A stretch of 64,000 nt of DNA. It comes from Epiperipatus broadwayi (taxonomy: Eukaryota; Animalia; Onychophora). The translations under genes and the position numbers were made by a program. The number at the start of each line of letters is the position of its first letter. The stretch's first letter is position 1. The notes beneath the pieces were generated by a model. It was given only the letters and a program-made list of their open reading frames with translations. It searched no databases and was not told the DNA's origin. The stretch is from positions 23,684,001-23,748,000 of the forward strand of contig JAQFVV010000002.1 in the NCBI GenBank assembly GCA_028023455.1, in the 5' to 3' direction. Shown here piece after piece: positions 26,666-40,138 of this stretch.

Positions 26666-28356
26666 ATTTTTAAATATGTAGCACTTAGAATACATAAGAT
26701 TTGTTACTAGATTTTACAAATGATTCACAATAGGTTATCCATACAGTGGCTACTTAACGATACTGCAACTGTTATCTTTGTTAATCTTTTGTATTGAAAA
26801 CAATGATCTTTAATAAACAGCTTCTACCATATTAAGGTTCTTTCACAAATGGCATTAATAAAAACTTCAAATTCTATATTAAGTTTATATTAACCTTAAA
26901 AAAAGTGTCACAGTAATGTAATATATTAAAGGCAATACTTACATATTAATCTGGTAATAAAATTTTAATCTTCATTAAAATCATTATGATTATCTAGGAT
27001 TGCTAAATATTCGATAATATTTAATTAAAGTACTTTTATAGAAACTGTATGATGGAAGTTCAACACCCAGGTTTGTTTTAGTTATCCATGTACAAGGGCC
27101 TCAACAATTTGTTTATATTTATTTTCTTAAAAAAATATTACCGAACATGTGTTACTTACTAAAACTAAACAATATTAAAAAAATAAATTATAAGTTACTG
27201 TTACTTTTAAAAAATATTACTAAATGGCTTATTAATTCCATTTCACAACATATAATTACTAAATTTTTTTATGTATATGATACTGTACGAACTTAAACAC
27301 ATTGTGTATAAATGTTGCCATTATTAGGCAGCATTTTATTATGTTTACTATAGTATTATTTTTGAGCTTTTACTTTACTTGTTTTTTTTTTTTTTGTGGA
27401 AATGATTAAAATTTAGGATCTAAAATAAAAAGCATAGGGAAAATGTGAGACAACACATAAATTCCTATTTGGCAGAGTTTACATTGCGCCAACTGCATAA
27501 AACTGATGCACTTGTGACAATGATGCACACTATTAAAGATTTCTGCCAACTGACATGAAAAATCCATGTTTGTAACCACCTTTGCTATACTTTCTTTGAT
27601 CTGATTTTCCATTTGTTATTTATATTAAATTTCCTTTAATTACAATCAGTTATAGTTTTGTGTATTTTCTTTTGTCATTGAGAATCATATGAAGAAAAAT
27701 AATATTAAATATGGTAGTTTGTAGTCAGCCATATTGTTTGCAAGATTTTTTTTTGACACTTCTGTAAATAGATAGTTAAAACAAACACAGCTGGAAAACT
27801 TCCGGTATACAGCTTTTACAAAAGTACCTTAATTAATTAAATAAAATTAACTTTCAAAGATAAGTTGTTGAAGATCTCTAGAATATTTTTATATCTACTA
27901 TACATTCTTTATTAACTTCTAGGTATCAATTATGCTTCAAAGATGACCATCTTTAGTCACGTAAATAAATTAACAATATAGAAAGTGAAGTTATTTACAA
28001 TTATTGTTAAAAATGATTCTTCAAATTTTTGAAAGTTAGATTTACTTAATTAATTAAATAATATATATTATCAAATATTTAGCAATCGTAAATAATCCTA
28101 AGTAATCAAGACTAAAATTTTATTGCTGGACTAATACGTAAATTACCTTAAAGGCAATATTAATACCATAAATATTTGAATTTTTTTTAAAAAAAATTTA
28201 ATGCATTTTCAGTGTTATGCATCTTTGTTAAAGGCACTAAAAATTCAATAAGATTGTATTTAATATTTTCAAAGTTTTTTCCAAAAATATGATATTAATA
28301 TAACCTTTAATGTATCAAATGTAATTAAAATGATATGCAATGAGTGCCTTCTATAA

Positions 28357-31288
28357 CCAGGCTTCTTAAACTGTGGGTCGCGACCCCCAGGGGGGTCGCG
28401 AGACTACTGAAAGGGGGTCGCAAAGATCTGATACTTTTCAATCATTATAAATAAAATTTTAAAATTAGTATACACACTACGTACAAATATAAATACAAAT
28501 AAAAATCATACAAAATACTATTGTAGTTTTATTATAACTATTTTTTGAAAAAAGTGGCAATGCAAAACTGTTATGTAGGGCCTATAAATGAAAATATGGA
28601 AGTAGCATTTAAAATAATAAATACAACGCGCTCCTCGATTTTCAACTGAACGTTCGACATTGATGTCTGGCCGCTGGCGTCAGTGTTTGCAAGATAACAG
28701 TGATTATAAGTACCCAGACGCCGCGTCACCTTACAGCTTACACATACAATACGGAAGCATAATCAAGCTAGGCTAGGCGAATCGGCATATTATTTTTATA
28801 AAAGAATAATAAAAAAAATTAAATGAAAGCTTCTTTTTCGGCGTCTTTGTGATACGGTGCCTTTGTGCGCTGCACACTTTGAACACGCCATGCGTCGGGG
28901 TTGATCTGATCGTAATTTGTTGTCATTGCACTGGTAAAGATTCGAGTGTAGTTATTTTTCTGTTTGTACTTCAGTTTGGACTCAGCTTTGTCTTCGTAGT
29001 GACATGTGTGTATTTACTGTGTAATTTTCAGTTGGTGTTTTTAATTATTACGTTAAAGTTGAACTACATTTTGTTTAATTATTTATTATTTAACCATCAT
29101 GGATAAATGGCTAATTAAAATTCCAACTAATAAGTCTGCCACGCCGTCACAACCAAGTTGCAGTGCTTCAAATCCGACTTCTAGCAAAACAAAAAAAGAA
29201 AATATGACGAATCATATTTGCAGTATGGCTTCACATGCTCTTCTCACAACAATGAAGAACAACCAGTGTGCTTAATTTGCAAAGAAGTTTTGGCTGCAGA
29301 AAGCATGAAACCGTCAAAACTGCAACGACATTTGAATACTAAACATGCAACGTTATCAAAAAAGCCAATAGAATATTTTGAGCGTCTTTTGCAAACATCA
29401 AATAAAGAAAAGAACACTTTGGAGAAGTATGTTACTTTGAATGATAAATATCTATTGGCATCGTATGAAGTTTCGTATTTGATAGCAAAAACGAAAAAGC
29501 CTTTTACTATTGGAGAGCAACTTTTACTACCTGCAGCTATAAGAATGTCTGAAATTGTTCATGGAAAACAGTATGCTGCTGAAATTAGTAAGATTCCATT
29601 ATCAAATGACACTGTGTCCAAAAGAATTTCAGACATTAGCAATGATCAATTTCAACAGCTTCTTATGAGGCTTAAAGACAGCTCAAAGTTTGCAATACAA
29701 CTGGACGAGTCGACAGACATTTAAAAAATGGCACAGTTGTTACTTTTTGTAAGATATATTTATGAGGGAAGCATTCATGAAGATATACTGTTTTGTCGTC
29801 CTCTGGAAGGTCATACTCGTGGAAAAGATATATATAAAAAAGTAAATGAGTTTTTTGAAAAAGAAGGATTAAATTGGAAAAATTGTGTTGGTGTGTGCAC
29901 GGACGGTGCTGCAGCAATGACCGGACAAGATCTTGGTTTTACAGCATTTGTTAAAGCTGGAAATGATCATATTACATTTACACATTGTATGATTCACCGA
30001 GAGGCACTTGTTGTTAAAAAAATTGCACCAGAATTAAACACTGTGTTTTTTGATGCAGTCAAAATCATCAACTTTATTAAAAGTCGAGCACTTAATAGTC
30101 GATTGTTTAAAAATTTGTGCATTGATATGGATTCGGATTATACAAGTTTATTGCTACATGCTGAAGTTAGGTGGCTATCAAGAGGTCGAAGTTTGAAACG
30201 ATTATTAACTTTAAAAGATGAAGTTCTTATATTTCTAACAGAGCAAAATTCTAATTTGGCCGATTATTTTCACGATAATTTATGGCTTCTCAAGCTATGC
30301 TATTTGGCAGATATTTTTGATAAAATCAATGATATGAATTTATCAATGCAGGGAGTCTGCGTTAATATGTTTATGTTAAAAAATAAACTTGAGGCCTTTG
30401 TTAAAAAAATTCTTATATGGAAGAACAGAGTGGAAAGTGGATCGCTCGAAATGTTTCCATTTACTGACGAGTATATAATTAGTAACAATATTTCAAAAAA
30501 AGATACTCCTATAACAAAAATTATAGTTAATCATTTGAAGGATATGGAAGTTTACATGCATAGGTATTTTCCCAATGATATCGATACACAACAATGGATT
30601 TGCAATCCATTTTCAATTGAAATGGAAGAAATTAATTTTTTAAACTTAAAAGCACAAGAAGAATTTGCCGAATTAACAAGTGATACTACCTTGCGACTCA
30701 GATTTTCTCAAGTGCCTGTGCATGAATTTTGGATAGAAATCAAATCAGAATATCCCCTACTATCGGAAATGGCAATGAACAAATTACTGCCATTTTGTAC
30801 AACATATTTATGTGAATCAGCCTTTTCCACATTAACTTACATAAAATCAAAATACCGTTCAACTTTAATAAACGTTGAAAATTTATTACGATCTGCACTA
30901 ACTCAAATTGAGCCTGGATTTAATTATTTGTGTAAAAATAAACAATCACATCCGTCACATTAATATTGTTTGATGTTAATAATATGTTTTTATTAAAAAA
31001 ATTGTTACAAAAGTTTATTTTTTCTATTGAATAAATTTATATATAGTTTTATGTCATTCTATTTATTGTGTTTTATTACGACCGATATCCCGTCAACGTT
31101 TCCAATTAAATATATGTGAAATGAATGGGTACGTATTCTTTAATCCTTATTTTATTTACATTGTAAAATAGTGCGATATTACATCTACATCTACGGTTAA
31201 TATATATTTCATTATATGGAGGAGGGGGTCGTTTAAAATTTCCTAAGCTTGAAGGGGGTCGCTATATAAAAAAGTTTAAGAAGCCTTG
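28357..31288 (+). mobile_element. Full-length hAT/Buster DNA transposon (2,932 bp)
   Basis: 16-bp TIRs ccaggcttcttaaact (28357-28372) and agtttaagaagccttg (31273-31288), 1 mismatch. Perfect 8-bp TSD ttcTAtaa at 28349-28356 and 31289-31296. Subterminal gggggtcgc repeats at both ends. Confidence 0.97.
29099..30963 (+). pseudogene. Buster-type hAT transposase (ZBED5/SCAND3-like), disrupted
   Basis: MDKWL start at 29099, BED-like CLIC...LQRHLNTKH, catalytic QLDESTD / VCTDGA / YLCESAFS, HCMIHR and EVRWLS motifs. -1 frameshift in an A7 run (29191-29197) and in-frame TAA at 29722-29724. Confidence 0.93.
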
Positions 31289-33047
31289 TTCTATAAATAA
31301 ATTCACTCTGTTATGCTCAATTTATGAACTTTATTTTCTTTCTATATGTATATATATATTTATCGTAATAAATGATACATATTACATATATTACTTTTTG
31401 TGTTTAATCTCAAACCAATATTACAACCAATATTATCAATTATAACTACACAGATAAATCAAGATATATGTAATTGCTCAACATGATTGATTTTAATTAA
31501 TTTTGTACATCTTCACAATCAAACATTCACTTTTTTAAAAATTCTTTTAGTGTAGTTATGATTAATAACTTTGAATACATTAGTTTGAAATTAATAGCCT
31601 CCTCCCTATTACCTGGAATTTCTAATATTTATTATCAAACATCATTGTAAAAAATGTACATATATATTTTCAAGCTTACATATGTATTATTTTTGTTTAT
31701 TTCTTTCTGTTCTTTCTTCCTTAACTTTCTTATACGTAAAACAAATATAAACATTATATACTTGTTTTTAATTAATGAAATATATCTCTACTTTACAGAC
31801 GCAACTAATTTGTAAAGATATTTTCAAGAGTTTAAAAAAAAAAATCATTATTTAATTAAATAAAACTCTTTTCAATATCCGAATACATTACATTTAAATT
31901 TTTTTTAAATATATTCAAAACCGTTTTCAATGCCAATTTAAATATTAAAATGAAAGGCTTTTGTCGTGTCAGTTTTTTATTCCTGAAATCTTTTAATTTA
32001 TGATCAAACTAAAAACGTTTTCTTTCATGTTTGCACAATATGTAAATAATTAAATATTAATTAAATATTTCTACTAAGTTTGCATTAATAGAAATTATTC
32101 ATTATACAAATTTATTTGAAAATATTTGATAAAACGTTATTGAAATGAAAATAATAGTAAAAGAAAAGATAGTGTAATAAAGTACGTATATAACATGAAA
32201 CCGATCCAATAGTTGTTTTGGTTAAACAAAAATCTAATTATTATAATAGTTAAAATTTACTTAAATAATATAAATATCATTAAAATACTTATTAGAAAAT
32301 GCATGCGTATATACACATCTACAGAAGGCATTAAAAGTCCTTAGTAAAAATATGGGGTGAATACGAAAAGATTAATTCTGGAAAAAAAAAACAATTGGTA
32401 AAATAGGAAAATGGGGGGGGGGGGTAAATGTCAGTTGAGAAAAAAAAGTAGAGGTCGTGTAGCTATCGTTCAAAGAGGGCTAGAGAATGCTACTAAAATT
32501 TTCACATTTTATTTATTTTAAATATTTTTATATTTATGATAAGAATGAAGAAAGAAAGCAGAATAAAAGCTGCACAACTTATTGGATTGCAGTAATAAGA
32601 AATTTTTATCCTTTCGCTCAAATAATTCTAATGCTGTTCTTAGGGTGCATTTTAAAGAAGTCAACATCAAATTGTAATGAAAATCTTTTTACCAAATATA
32701 TGTAATACGTTTACTATAGAATTTAAAGTAGAACTAGAAAATCATTTAAAAATATTAATAACTTTGAAAATGATTCAGATCTGGAACAAAGATAGCTGGT
32801 TCAAAAAAAAAAAAGACAGAGTTTTATCGATAAATTTTCTACTGAGATAATACAATGTATGAAGAAAAAAAGGAATAGGAAATATTTTACAAATATTCCA
32901 TTAAAAAGAATTGAATGTCAAGAATTTTGTAAATATGACACGAAAGAGTTAATATTACTACAAGAAACTATAATTGTGAATTGCCAATGTCTTAAAAGTG
33001 TAAAACAACATTTTGGTATTAGAAGATATATATATTCATGTGTCAAA

Positions 33048-33126
33048 GCATCGGCCAGGAAATGAACCTGCAAACCTGGGACAACTGCTTGTAAAACAGC
33101 TGTGCTGACCACTCAACCACCAACGC
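33048..33126 (-). pseudogene. tRNA-Gly-derived cassette, copy 3
   Basis: Reverse complement gcgttggtggttgagtggtcagcacagctg...cctggccgatgc, flanked by tgtcaa and tttgaca. Confidence 0.75.
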
Positions 33127-33763
33127 TTGACAGAATTAATGAAATATTTTTTCAGCAACAAAAAATGAAACTATTATTAAAAACAGACTGATATCCTGAA
33201 ATGTGGAATTGTCAAGTATTTTAAACGAAGTGAGATAAGCAATTTTATTCACAAAGGAAAGCTCCAGAAAATCAGGGAATTATTTTGATATTTCAAAAAG
33301 AGAAGATGAAGAAACAGAAAAATTGTTGGCCAGATGTCTAAATGATAAATATGTTCTAGATAAGTGAAGAATGCAGTAGAAATATTGTTAGTTAACAAAA
33401 GTGATTCAACAAAGTATTTGAAATTAAAGACTTATCAGTCTTCTATCAATTTGATACAAAATCTTTACCTAAATAATTACAACTCATCTACAATAACTTT
33501 AGATTCTAACCAATCAAAAGAACAGCTAGATTTAAGTGATTTTAGCACAATGAATCATATCCAAGTATTGAGAGATTATAGAAATAATGAATATGAATTG
33601 CCATTATACTTTCGTATTGTAGATTATAAAAAATATTTGATTCTTTAAGCATTTTTATGATTAAAGGTTTGAGTCATTAATGTATAGAGGCAGAATAAAG
33701 TCATATCACGAAGAATATTTATCAAAATGAAATGGCAATAGATAAATTACATTGTAACACTAA

Positions 33764-33892
33764 TTTTTACTAAGGCTTTAATGACTTCAAGAATATGCGT
33801 GTAAAATGCAATATTAGGGACCTCTACAAGTCTTGATCACAAGCTTAAATATTAGTAAATATTACTTATGTAATTAATGTGCATTTAAATAA
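33764..33892 (+). mobile_element. Family D copy (inverted cap + tail)
   Basis: Homologous to 22936-23157. TSD attgtaacactaa at 33751-33763 and 33893-33905. Confidence 0.8.
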
Positions 33893-33989
33893 ATTGTAAC
33901 ACTAAGGAAATGGACATTAAAAAGGTACATAAGAAGATCATTCAATATCTTCAACACATTTTATGGATTTTAAAAGAAGTATTTTGTGG

Positions 33990-34775
33990 ATTAAAATGGA
34001 AGCTGAGAAAAAGTAAATTATTTAAGTCATCTGGATTTTGCAGATGTTGTGAATATTTTTACAAATATTACTTCAGCGATTCAAGAAATATTGCAAGGGT
34101 TATCAGATACAAATAAGAAAGAAGGATTAAAGATAAATGCTAAAAAGTCTAAAGTCAAATTTAATAAATTTTCTCAGAAGAAAGTAAAGACTGTCGATTG
34201 TGAATTAGAAGTTAACAACCATAAATACCTTGGTCAAATCATCAGGTTATATGAAAACATAATCGATAAAATTAATCATAGAATTAAATTTGAATGTAAT
34301 GCTTTTGGCTGAAATAACTTAATATTAAAAGGAAATATATCTATATGCGTAAAAAGCTTTTAATATGTATTCAAACAGTTATGCTTAGAGATCTGAGATT
34401 TGGACACATTATAGAAAAACAATACAAAGACTTTGGACCACTCAATGGAACATGAGATTATGTTAGCAATAACAAAAAGGGATTGAAAATGAAACACATG
34501 ATTGAGAAAATAAGAAGATGTCAATGAACTTATTAAAATAATTAAATGGAGTTGGGTTTAAGATATTGCTATAAGTAATGATAATAGATGAATAGTTGAA
34601 GTTTTAAAATGGATCACAAAAGACTATAAAAGACATAGAAAGACATCACAAATGATGAAGTAAAGAAGTTTGTACATGTTCTGTGGAGAATAAAAGCAAT
34701 GAATCAGAGAAATTGGATTAAACTTGCAAATATCTCCTTGCAATTGATTGATTTTTTGAAAATGATGATGATAAT
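33990..34775 (+). mobile_element. RTE-clade LINE 3' fragment
   Basis: IQEILQGLSDTNKKEGLKINAKKSKV...KYLGQII...KINHRIK, then the same 3' end and (gat)n tail as 9323-9810. Confidence 0.8.
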
Positions 34776-35276
34776 TGTTTATACTTTTAACAAAGATGAA
34801 TATTTGCAACTAAAACTTTATTAAAGCAACAAACATCAACAATCTATTAAATTTACATATTACATAATAACTAGAACTGATAACTATAAAAAAAAACAAG
34901 GAACCACTAGAATTTTTAAGTGACACTGTTTTCAAATCATATAAACACAACTATTCATGACTGTATATATAAAGAAGCTATAATTCAAATTTACAAATAA
35001 AAAAGAAATCATTTCATTCTGTAGATGAACAAATGTTTCCAAATTTGAAATACAAATACAAAGAGAAAAATCAATATAAAAGAAGATATGGAAATATATG
35101 CATAAAAACAGTTCATTTTATCAATTCACTTTGGGATCATCCATTGAAAGCATGAGTAGTTAATGGACTTCACACAACAGGGCTAATCAAGTCATGGAAT
35201 AGTTCATAGCCTTCATCAATGAAAAGCATTAAATTACAATATCCATCTAGTTTCCACTTTTTTTTCATATGTCAAG

Positions 35277-35348
35277 TATGTTGACCGGGAAGCGAACCCA
35301 GGCCAGGTGCTTGGAAGGTAGCTATGCTAATCATTAGGCCACCAACAC
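35277..35348 (-). pseudogene. tRNA-Gly(TCC)-derived cassette, copy 4
   Basis: Reverse complement gtgttggtggcctaatgattagcatagctaccttccaagcacctggcctgggttcgcttcccggtcaacata, then ttgacatatg and an A-run. Confidence 0.8.
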
Positions 35349-36580
35349 TATTAAAACAAATTTCTGGGTTTTAAACAATCTAGTTTTATCCTTTAACATT
35401 TTGGAAAAAGAATATTCTTATTAAGACTAATGCTAGAGTTTTATCTAAGTTGATTTGAATGCAAAACTTGAAGCTGTTTAAAAGTTTTAAAATATTATTT
35501 TAGATAGCATAAAAGTAAAGATAGTAGCTAGTTCAGTATAATACAATACTCTTCATAAATAAAAGCATATTGCCCAACACTAATCTGAGAATTTGGTTGT
35601 CATATCTCATTCCCATTAATTATTCATAATTACTACATATGACTCTGAAATGGACATTAAATGTATGCTAGAAGTCATGATTTGTTGGGAAATTTTTGTA
35701 TAATTTGTGTTTAGTCAAAATTAAGTGTGCATATAATTGAACTAGATTGCAGTTAACATCATGTAAAAGTTCTCATTATATAAAAAACTTGCAATAAAGA
35801 CAAAACAGATTAAGTTGTTACAAATCTTTAAAAAGACTAATTTTATACACTTAAAAAAATTCAGTACTTGTTAATTTTCAAGTAAACCTGTATTTTTGAT
35901 AAATGTACAGCTTCAAGGGCCTATATCTACTAAAGATGTGTTAGTTGTTAAATTAAAACAAAATTAATAAATTGATTGTTAAATTTAAAACAATATTCTA
36001 AATTCCAATAAATTTCATTAAGAAATTTTATTTCAATTTTTTTACTTATAACATGGAAGGTGACAGAATGCTCTTAACATTATCATACTTTGGTTCAATT
36101 CAGCATGTTTCTTTTTGTCAGGTTTTTTGTTTTTGGTAAATTATCATAATGATAAAAATTTGGGACACTTCCTATCACAAAACATGATACAGTGGACTAT
36201 TTCCAAAGATATGTCATTCTTCTCTTGTGAAAAGTTTGCTTAAGGGTTACAATATGATTGCATACTGCTGATATAAATAAAGAATAAATATTGTATTTAT
36301 CTATTTTTTTCCATTTTTCTGTTAATAAAAAAAAAACACCTGTAAATATAGTAATTAATTTTTCCATGATTTCTTTTTTTTAAAATAACAGTAATAACAA
36401 ATAAAATGTAATTATTAAACACATTTCCTAGTAGGCATTTTGTTTGTTAATATTTTTGGGAGCCCCTGAAACTGTATATTTATCAAGTGTGAGCTACCAT
36501 CTTGATTTACTTGAAAACTCACAAATACTCAAAATTCTCTATAGAACTGCTCAGAAATTGAAATGAAACTTGTGAACTAT

Positions 36581-36993
36581 CTGTATTTTTATATTGGACT
36601 ATTTCCATCATCTAATATGAATGTCTTTAGAAAAGTTTAATTTTAGTTAAATATTCCAAATTCATGGCTCAGTTGGTTAGAGCGTTACCTTAAATTTCAA
36701 TAATCAAAAATCTAAGGACCCAGGTTTGAATCCCATGCTAGTACTGTCACTGGTCAGGCCAGCAACACCTGAAGAAGAGGGGAGAAAAATACCTCTCAAA
36801 ACATTGTGCATATACTAACCTGTTTGCTGTGATATTACTAACATTTGTTTGCTGTGATATTACTAACAGTTGAATGAATTTGGAATATTTAACTAAAATT
36901 AAACTTTTTTAAAGACATTCATATTAGATGATGGAAATAGTCCAATATAAAAATACAGCTAGAACACCATCATCACAAACCTTCAGAAAAACA
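36581..36993 (+). mobile_element. Family A solo insertion, clearest copy: inverted cap, tRNA-like head, hammerhead-like core, tail
   Basis: Cap 36581-36664 is the inverse of ~36876-36958. A box tggctcagttggttagagc at 36665-36683, B box ggtttgaatccc at 36723-36734, CTGAAGA core at 36769, 35-nt tail at 36959-36993. Perfect TSD ttgtgaactat at 36570-36580 and 36994-37004. Confidence 0.9.
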
Positions 36994-37289
36994 TTGTGAA
37001 CTATATCTCTCTGAAAGTTTTTGATATTTTACTTGTAATTATAAATATAATGAGTATGCTAATAGCTCTAAAGAAGTTTTTTTTTTTGCAATAAATGCCA
37101 CAAGAGAAAGCATTTAAAAATCACTATTTAGCACACTCATTACATTTACATTTGTAAATACAAGCTAATGTATAATAGGAATTGTGGACTTAATCAGTGA
37201 AGTATTGAATGGCTTCATGTTCTCAGATCTAACTGCTTCAGCTTCACCTATTTATATAGAAAGTAGGTTGAAGTAAAGAAGGTTTTCCT

Positions 37290-37420
37290 CTTTTCTTCCA
37301 ATGTGTAAGCTTGTGGTTAAGACCTGTAGAGGTCCATACCTTCACATTTTTAACCGCACAAGCTTTAGGTTTATTGCCTTAGTAAATATTACTTAAGCCA
37401 CATGATGTATGACTTTATTC
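37290..37420 (+). mobile_element. Family D fragment
   Basis: cttttcttccaa..gtaagcttgtggttaagacctgtagaggtcc matches the right arm of 22936-23157. Confidence 0.65.
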
Positions 37421-37562
37421 TCTTACTATTATAGTTTTACCATGTAATTTAATTCAACAAAGTATTTTTTCTTAGTCTAATTGTAATATATATATATACA
37501 CTAACATTTTGAATATTAGTTTAAGAAAAAATTCATTACAAATTACTTTTACTTGTAATTAT

Positions 37563-37770
37563 ATATGGGACTATTTCCATCATCTAAAATTTATTGTTAG
37601 ATATCTTTAAAAATCTCAAATTTAGTTAAACTTTTCAAATATATTTAATTATTAGTAATAGTATATAGGTTGGTGCATAACACAGTGTTTCAAGTATTAA
37701 TATTTTTTGTTCTGCAAATCTTTTAGATTTGACTAGTGACAGTACTAACATGTGAATTGAACCTGGGACC
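37563..37770 (-). mobile_element. Family A fragment
   Basis: ggactatttccatcatctaa ... gactagtgacagtactaacatg..gaacctggg is the reverse complement of the family A body. Confidence 0.7.
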
Positions 37771-38302
37771 AAAAACTTATAAACTGTTTAGACAATAACT
37801 TAGTTAAATTGTTATTAGTGGATGAAGATATAGAATAAAAGGCCCCCATAATACAAAAATGTATAGTGATTCTCCACTTTGTCTACAATTGATCAAAAGT
37901 CCAATAAAACATAACGAATGAAAAATTATAAATCACACTTATTTTGGCTATTATAACTCATAAGAATACACTAACTATAAGAAAATGAAACTTCATTGAA
38001 ATATCAGATAATCACTTCTATGTTCTGCGTAGTTCAGTGCAGTGGTAGTGTCAGACGTTGAATCCAAGGTTCTACTTTTTCAGTACTCAACCTTCTTATG
38101 AATTTCCAAGCAATAAAACCATTCAATAATTTGTTTATTTAATCACTTTTAAGATTTTTTAAAATGTTTTTCAAAATCAAAATCTTTTTAAGGACATGCT
38201 AACAACCTGCTTTCTATTCTGAAAATTCCATCAAGGACTTTACATAGTATTTGACAAAGCTTAATCTAATTTTATTTTACAAACATGGAAGAGATATTAA
38301 AG

Positions 38303-38634
38303 CAAGGACTCCCAACCTATTTGACCCCAGTACCTTCTTGGCTTTTAATAAATTATATGGTATTCCCTATAACAAGAAATAAAAGTAATTAAGTTCTCAT
38401 AAAATATTTATTCTGTAAAAAAATCTTAACTGGGCGTTTTGAATTATCAGACCCTCAGCAAGAAGAGAGTCTATTCAACCTCACTCTGTTTATGTCAAAA
38501 GAGACCTTAAATGTTGCTGGTGTGACAGCCAGACTGTACTTACATGGAATAATTTGGAAATGTTGATAACGTAATTATTTTTGGAATATTTACCATACCC
38601 CCTGGGCCTATGGATACCCCAGGTTGGAATCCAT
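38303..38634. mobile_element. hAT (Buster-like) MITE
   Basis: Ends caaggactcccaacct and aggttggaatccat (decayed inverse). The flanks end in ..taaag on both sides. Confidence 0.55.
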
Positions 38635-39214
38635 AATCTAAAGTTTTCTCAGGTTTAATTTATATATTTCAATTTTTCGTATTTTCACATCAATTTGGAT
38701 TAACTACAAATCTTTAAATATATCATCCCTTAACGTTTGATTATATATTTATGTACACTTATCTATTTTATGAGTTAATAATTACTTTAAATTCTGCTCT
38801 CCAATTCTATCTTACTTGTTTAGTTTTACATGTCTTTTATTATTAAAATAATTTCACTCAATTCATATGTATATATTCATTTTTATTTCATATGAATAAT
38901 AACGTTTACAAATACTTTCATAATTATTTAGTATTTTCATGTTTTCTGTTTTTTAGAATTCACCTGAACAAAAAACTATTTTAAATTCCTTTTCCCACTT
39001 TCTTTTATAATATATTAGTTATATGCAGAAATTTTTTTTTTTACAGAAGTGTTTGCACACACAATCTCAAATAAATCCAATCACGGTCTTAAAAGATTAC
39101 AAACAATCGTTTAATCTGCTTGGATAAAACAGTTCCTGATTAAGTCTCTTTTCATTATATAGAACAAATTCTTTCAGCAAACAACATAATATTTTTTAGG
39201 GACTTAATTAAAAA

Positions 39215-39315
39215 CTAGAAGGACGTAGACTCCCGAATATTTTTAATGAGCCTCCATATTCGTTCATTCCATAACTTGTCATCCGAGGATTCAACCACAG
39301 TTAACGATTGGTCAG
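39215..39315 (-). CDS. Candidate terminal coding exon of an unidentified host gene
   Basis: Acceptor atacattttAG, phase-1 frame (A)DQSLTVVESSDDKLWNERIWRLIKNIRESTSF*. CpG-retaining, non-repetitive sequence. Confidence 0.3.
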
Positions 39316-40097
39316 CTAAAATGTATAACTAGAAAATCATTTCTATTGATATTTTTGAGACGTTTTTGAAAACATTCACTAATTGTAGAAACATTTTATT
39401 ATTGGAATGAATTAACGTAATTAGTATTCAAAAACTGTATTTCATGATTTAAATATTTTCTTTTTGTTTGTAAAAACAATCATGTTAACGTATTCAACCA
39501 TGTATAAAAAGACAATTATTATAAAATCAGCGCATACTGTTGTAGAATAGGCATATTTATATCATTGCCTGATAAACAAATTGCAAAAAAAAAAAATCAA
39601 TTATGTTAAGAAAAACAAGGGTTTTATTTATACAAAGGAATATCCATAATTTATATATATTTAAAAAAATCAGAAATATCAAAAAGAAATCTGTACCATA
39701 AATACTTATTGTTTTCAGTTTTTTTTCTTTCTAATTCAATTCCTCTCTTCGGTATTTTATATTTAAAATCTAGAAATATTTTGTTTCTTTACCGATATAA
39801 AGATAGAAAACACTTTAAAATTATAATAACTTCTAATAAATTATATAAAAAAATCAATACTAAACTAGCACAATATTCTTTTTAATGGAGATTTACATTA
39901 ACAGCTATGTTTTTCTGATGAGAATAATCTATCAAATACATTTTCTTCTAATGTCAAGTTATATATAAAAGGGTTAATAAAAACACATACATAACTTCTA
40001 TCTCTCTCTATATAATGACAAATTAATCATAGAATTAAATTTGGAGTGCTTTTCTAAACACTTCATATAATAGATATATGGGAGATAGTGACCTGGG

Positions 40098-40138
40098 CCA
40101 ACTGATGAGTGCTAGTTCAGCACAAAATGAATCTTTGG
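40098..40138 (+). ncRNA. Minimal type I hammerhead motif, family G (G12 mutated)
   Basis: CCAA-CTGATGA-GTGCT-AGTTC-AGCAC-AAAA-TGAATCT-TTGG: 5-bp stem II and 4-bp stem I. Confidence 0.6.

Noticed and set aside
27406-27612. 68-aa Cys/His-rich ORF
   Set aside because: No valid zinc-finger spacing, and equally plausible frames exist on the other strand.
29728-30963. Stand-alone domesticated 411-aa ZBED-like gene
   Set aside because: It is the distal part of a longer transposase interrupted by an in-frame stop, inside intact TIRs and TSD.
32413-32424. Poly-G runs (also ~1866, ~41176, ~42514) as G-quadruplex elements
   Set aside because: These are single homopolymer runs without a four-tract organisation.
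36581-36993. Family A as an ordinary LINE-dependent tRNA SINE or as a MITE
   Set aside because: It is contiguous with a PLE ORF at four loci, has variable-length TSDs, and has an asymmetric tail rather than true TIRs.
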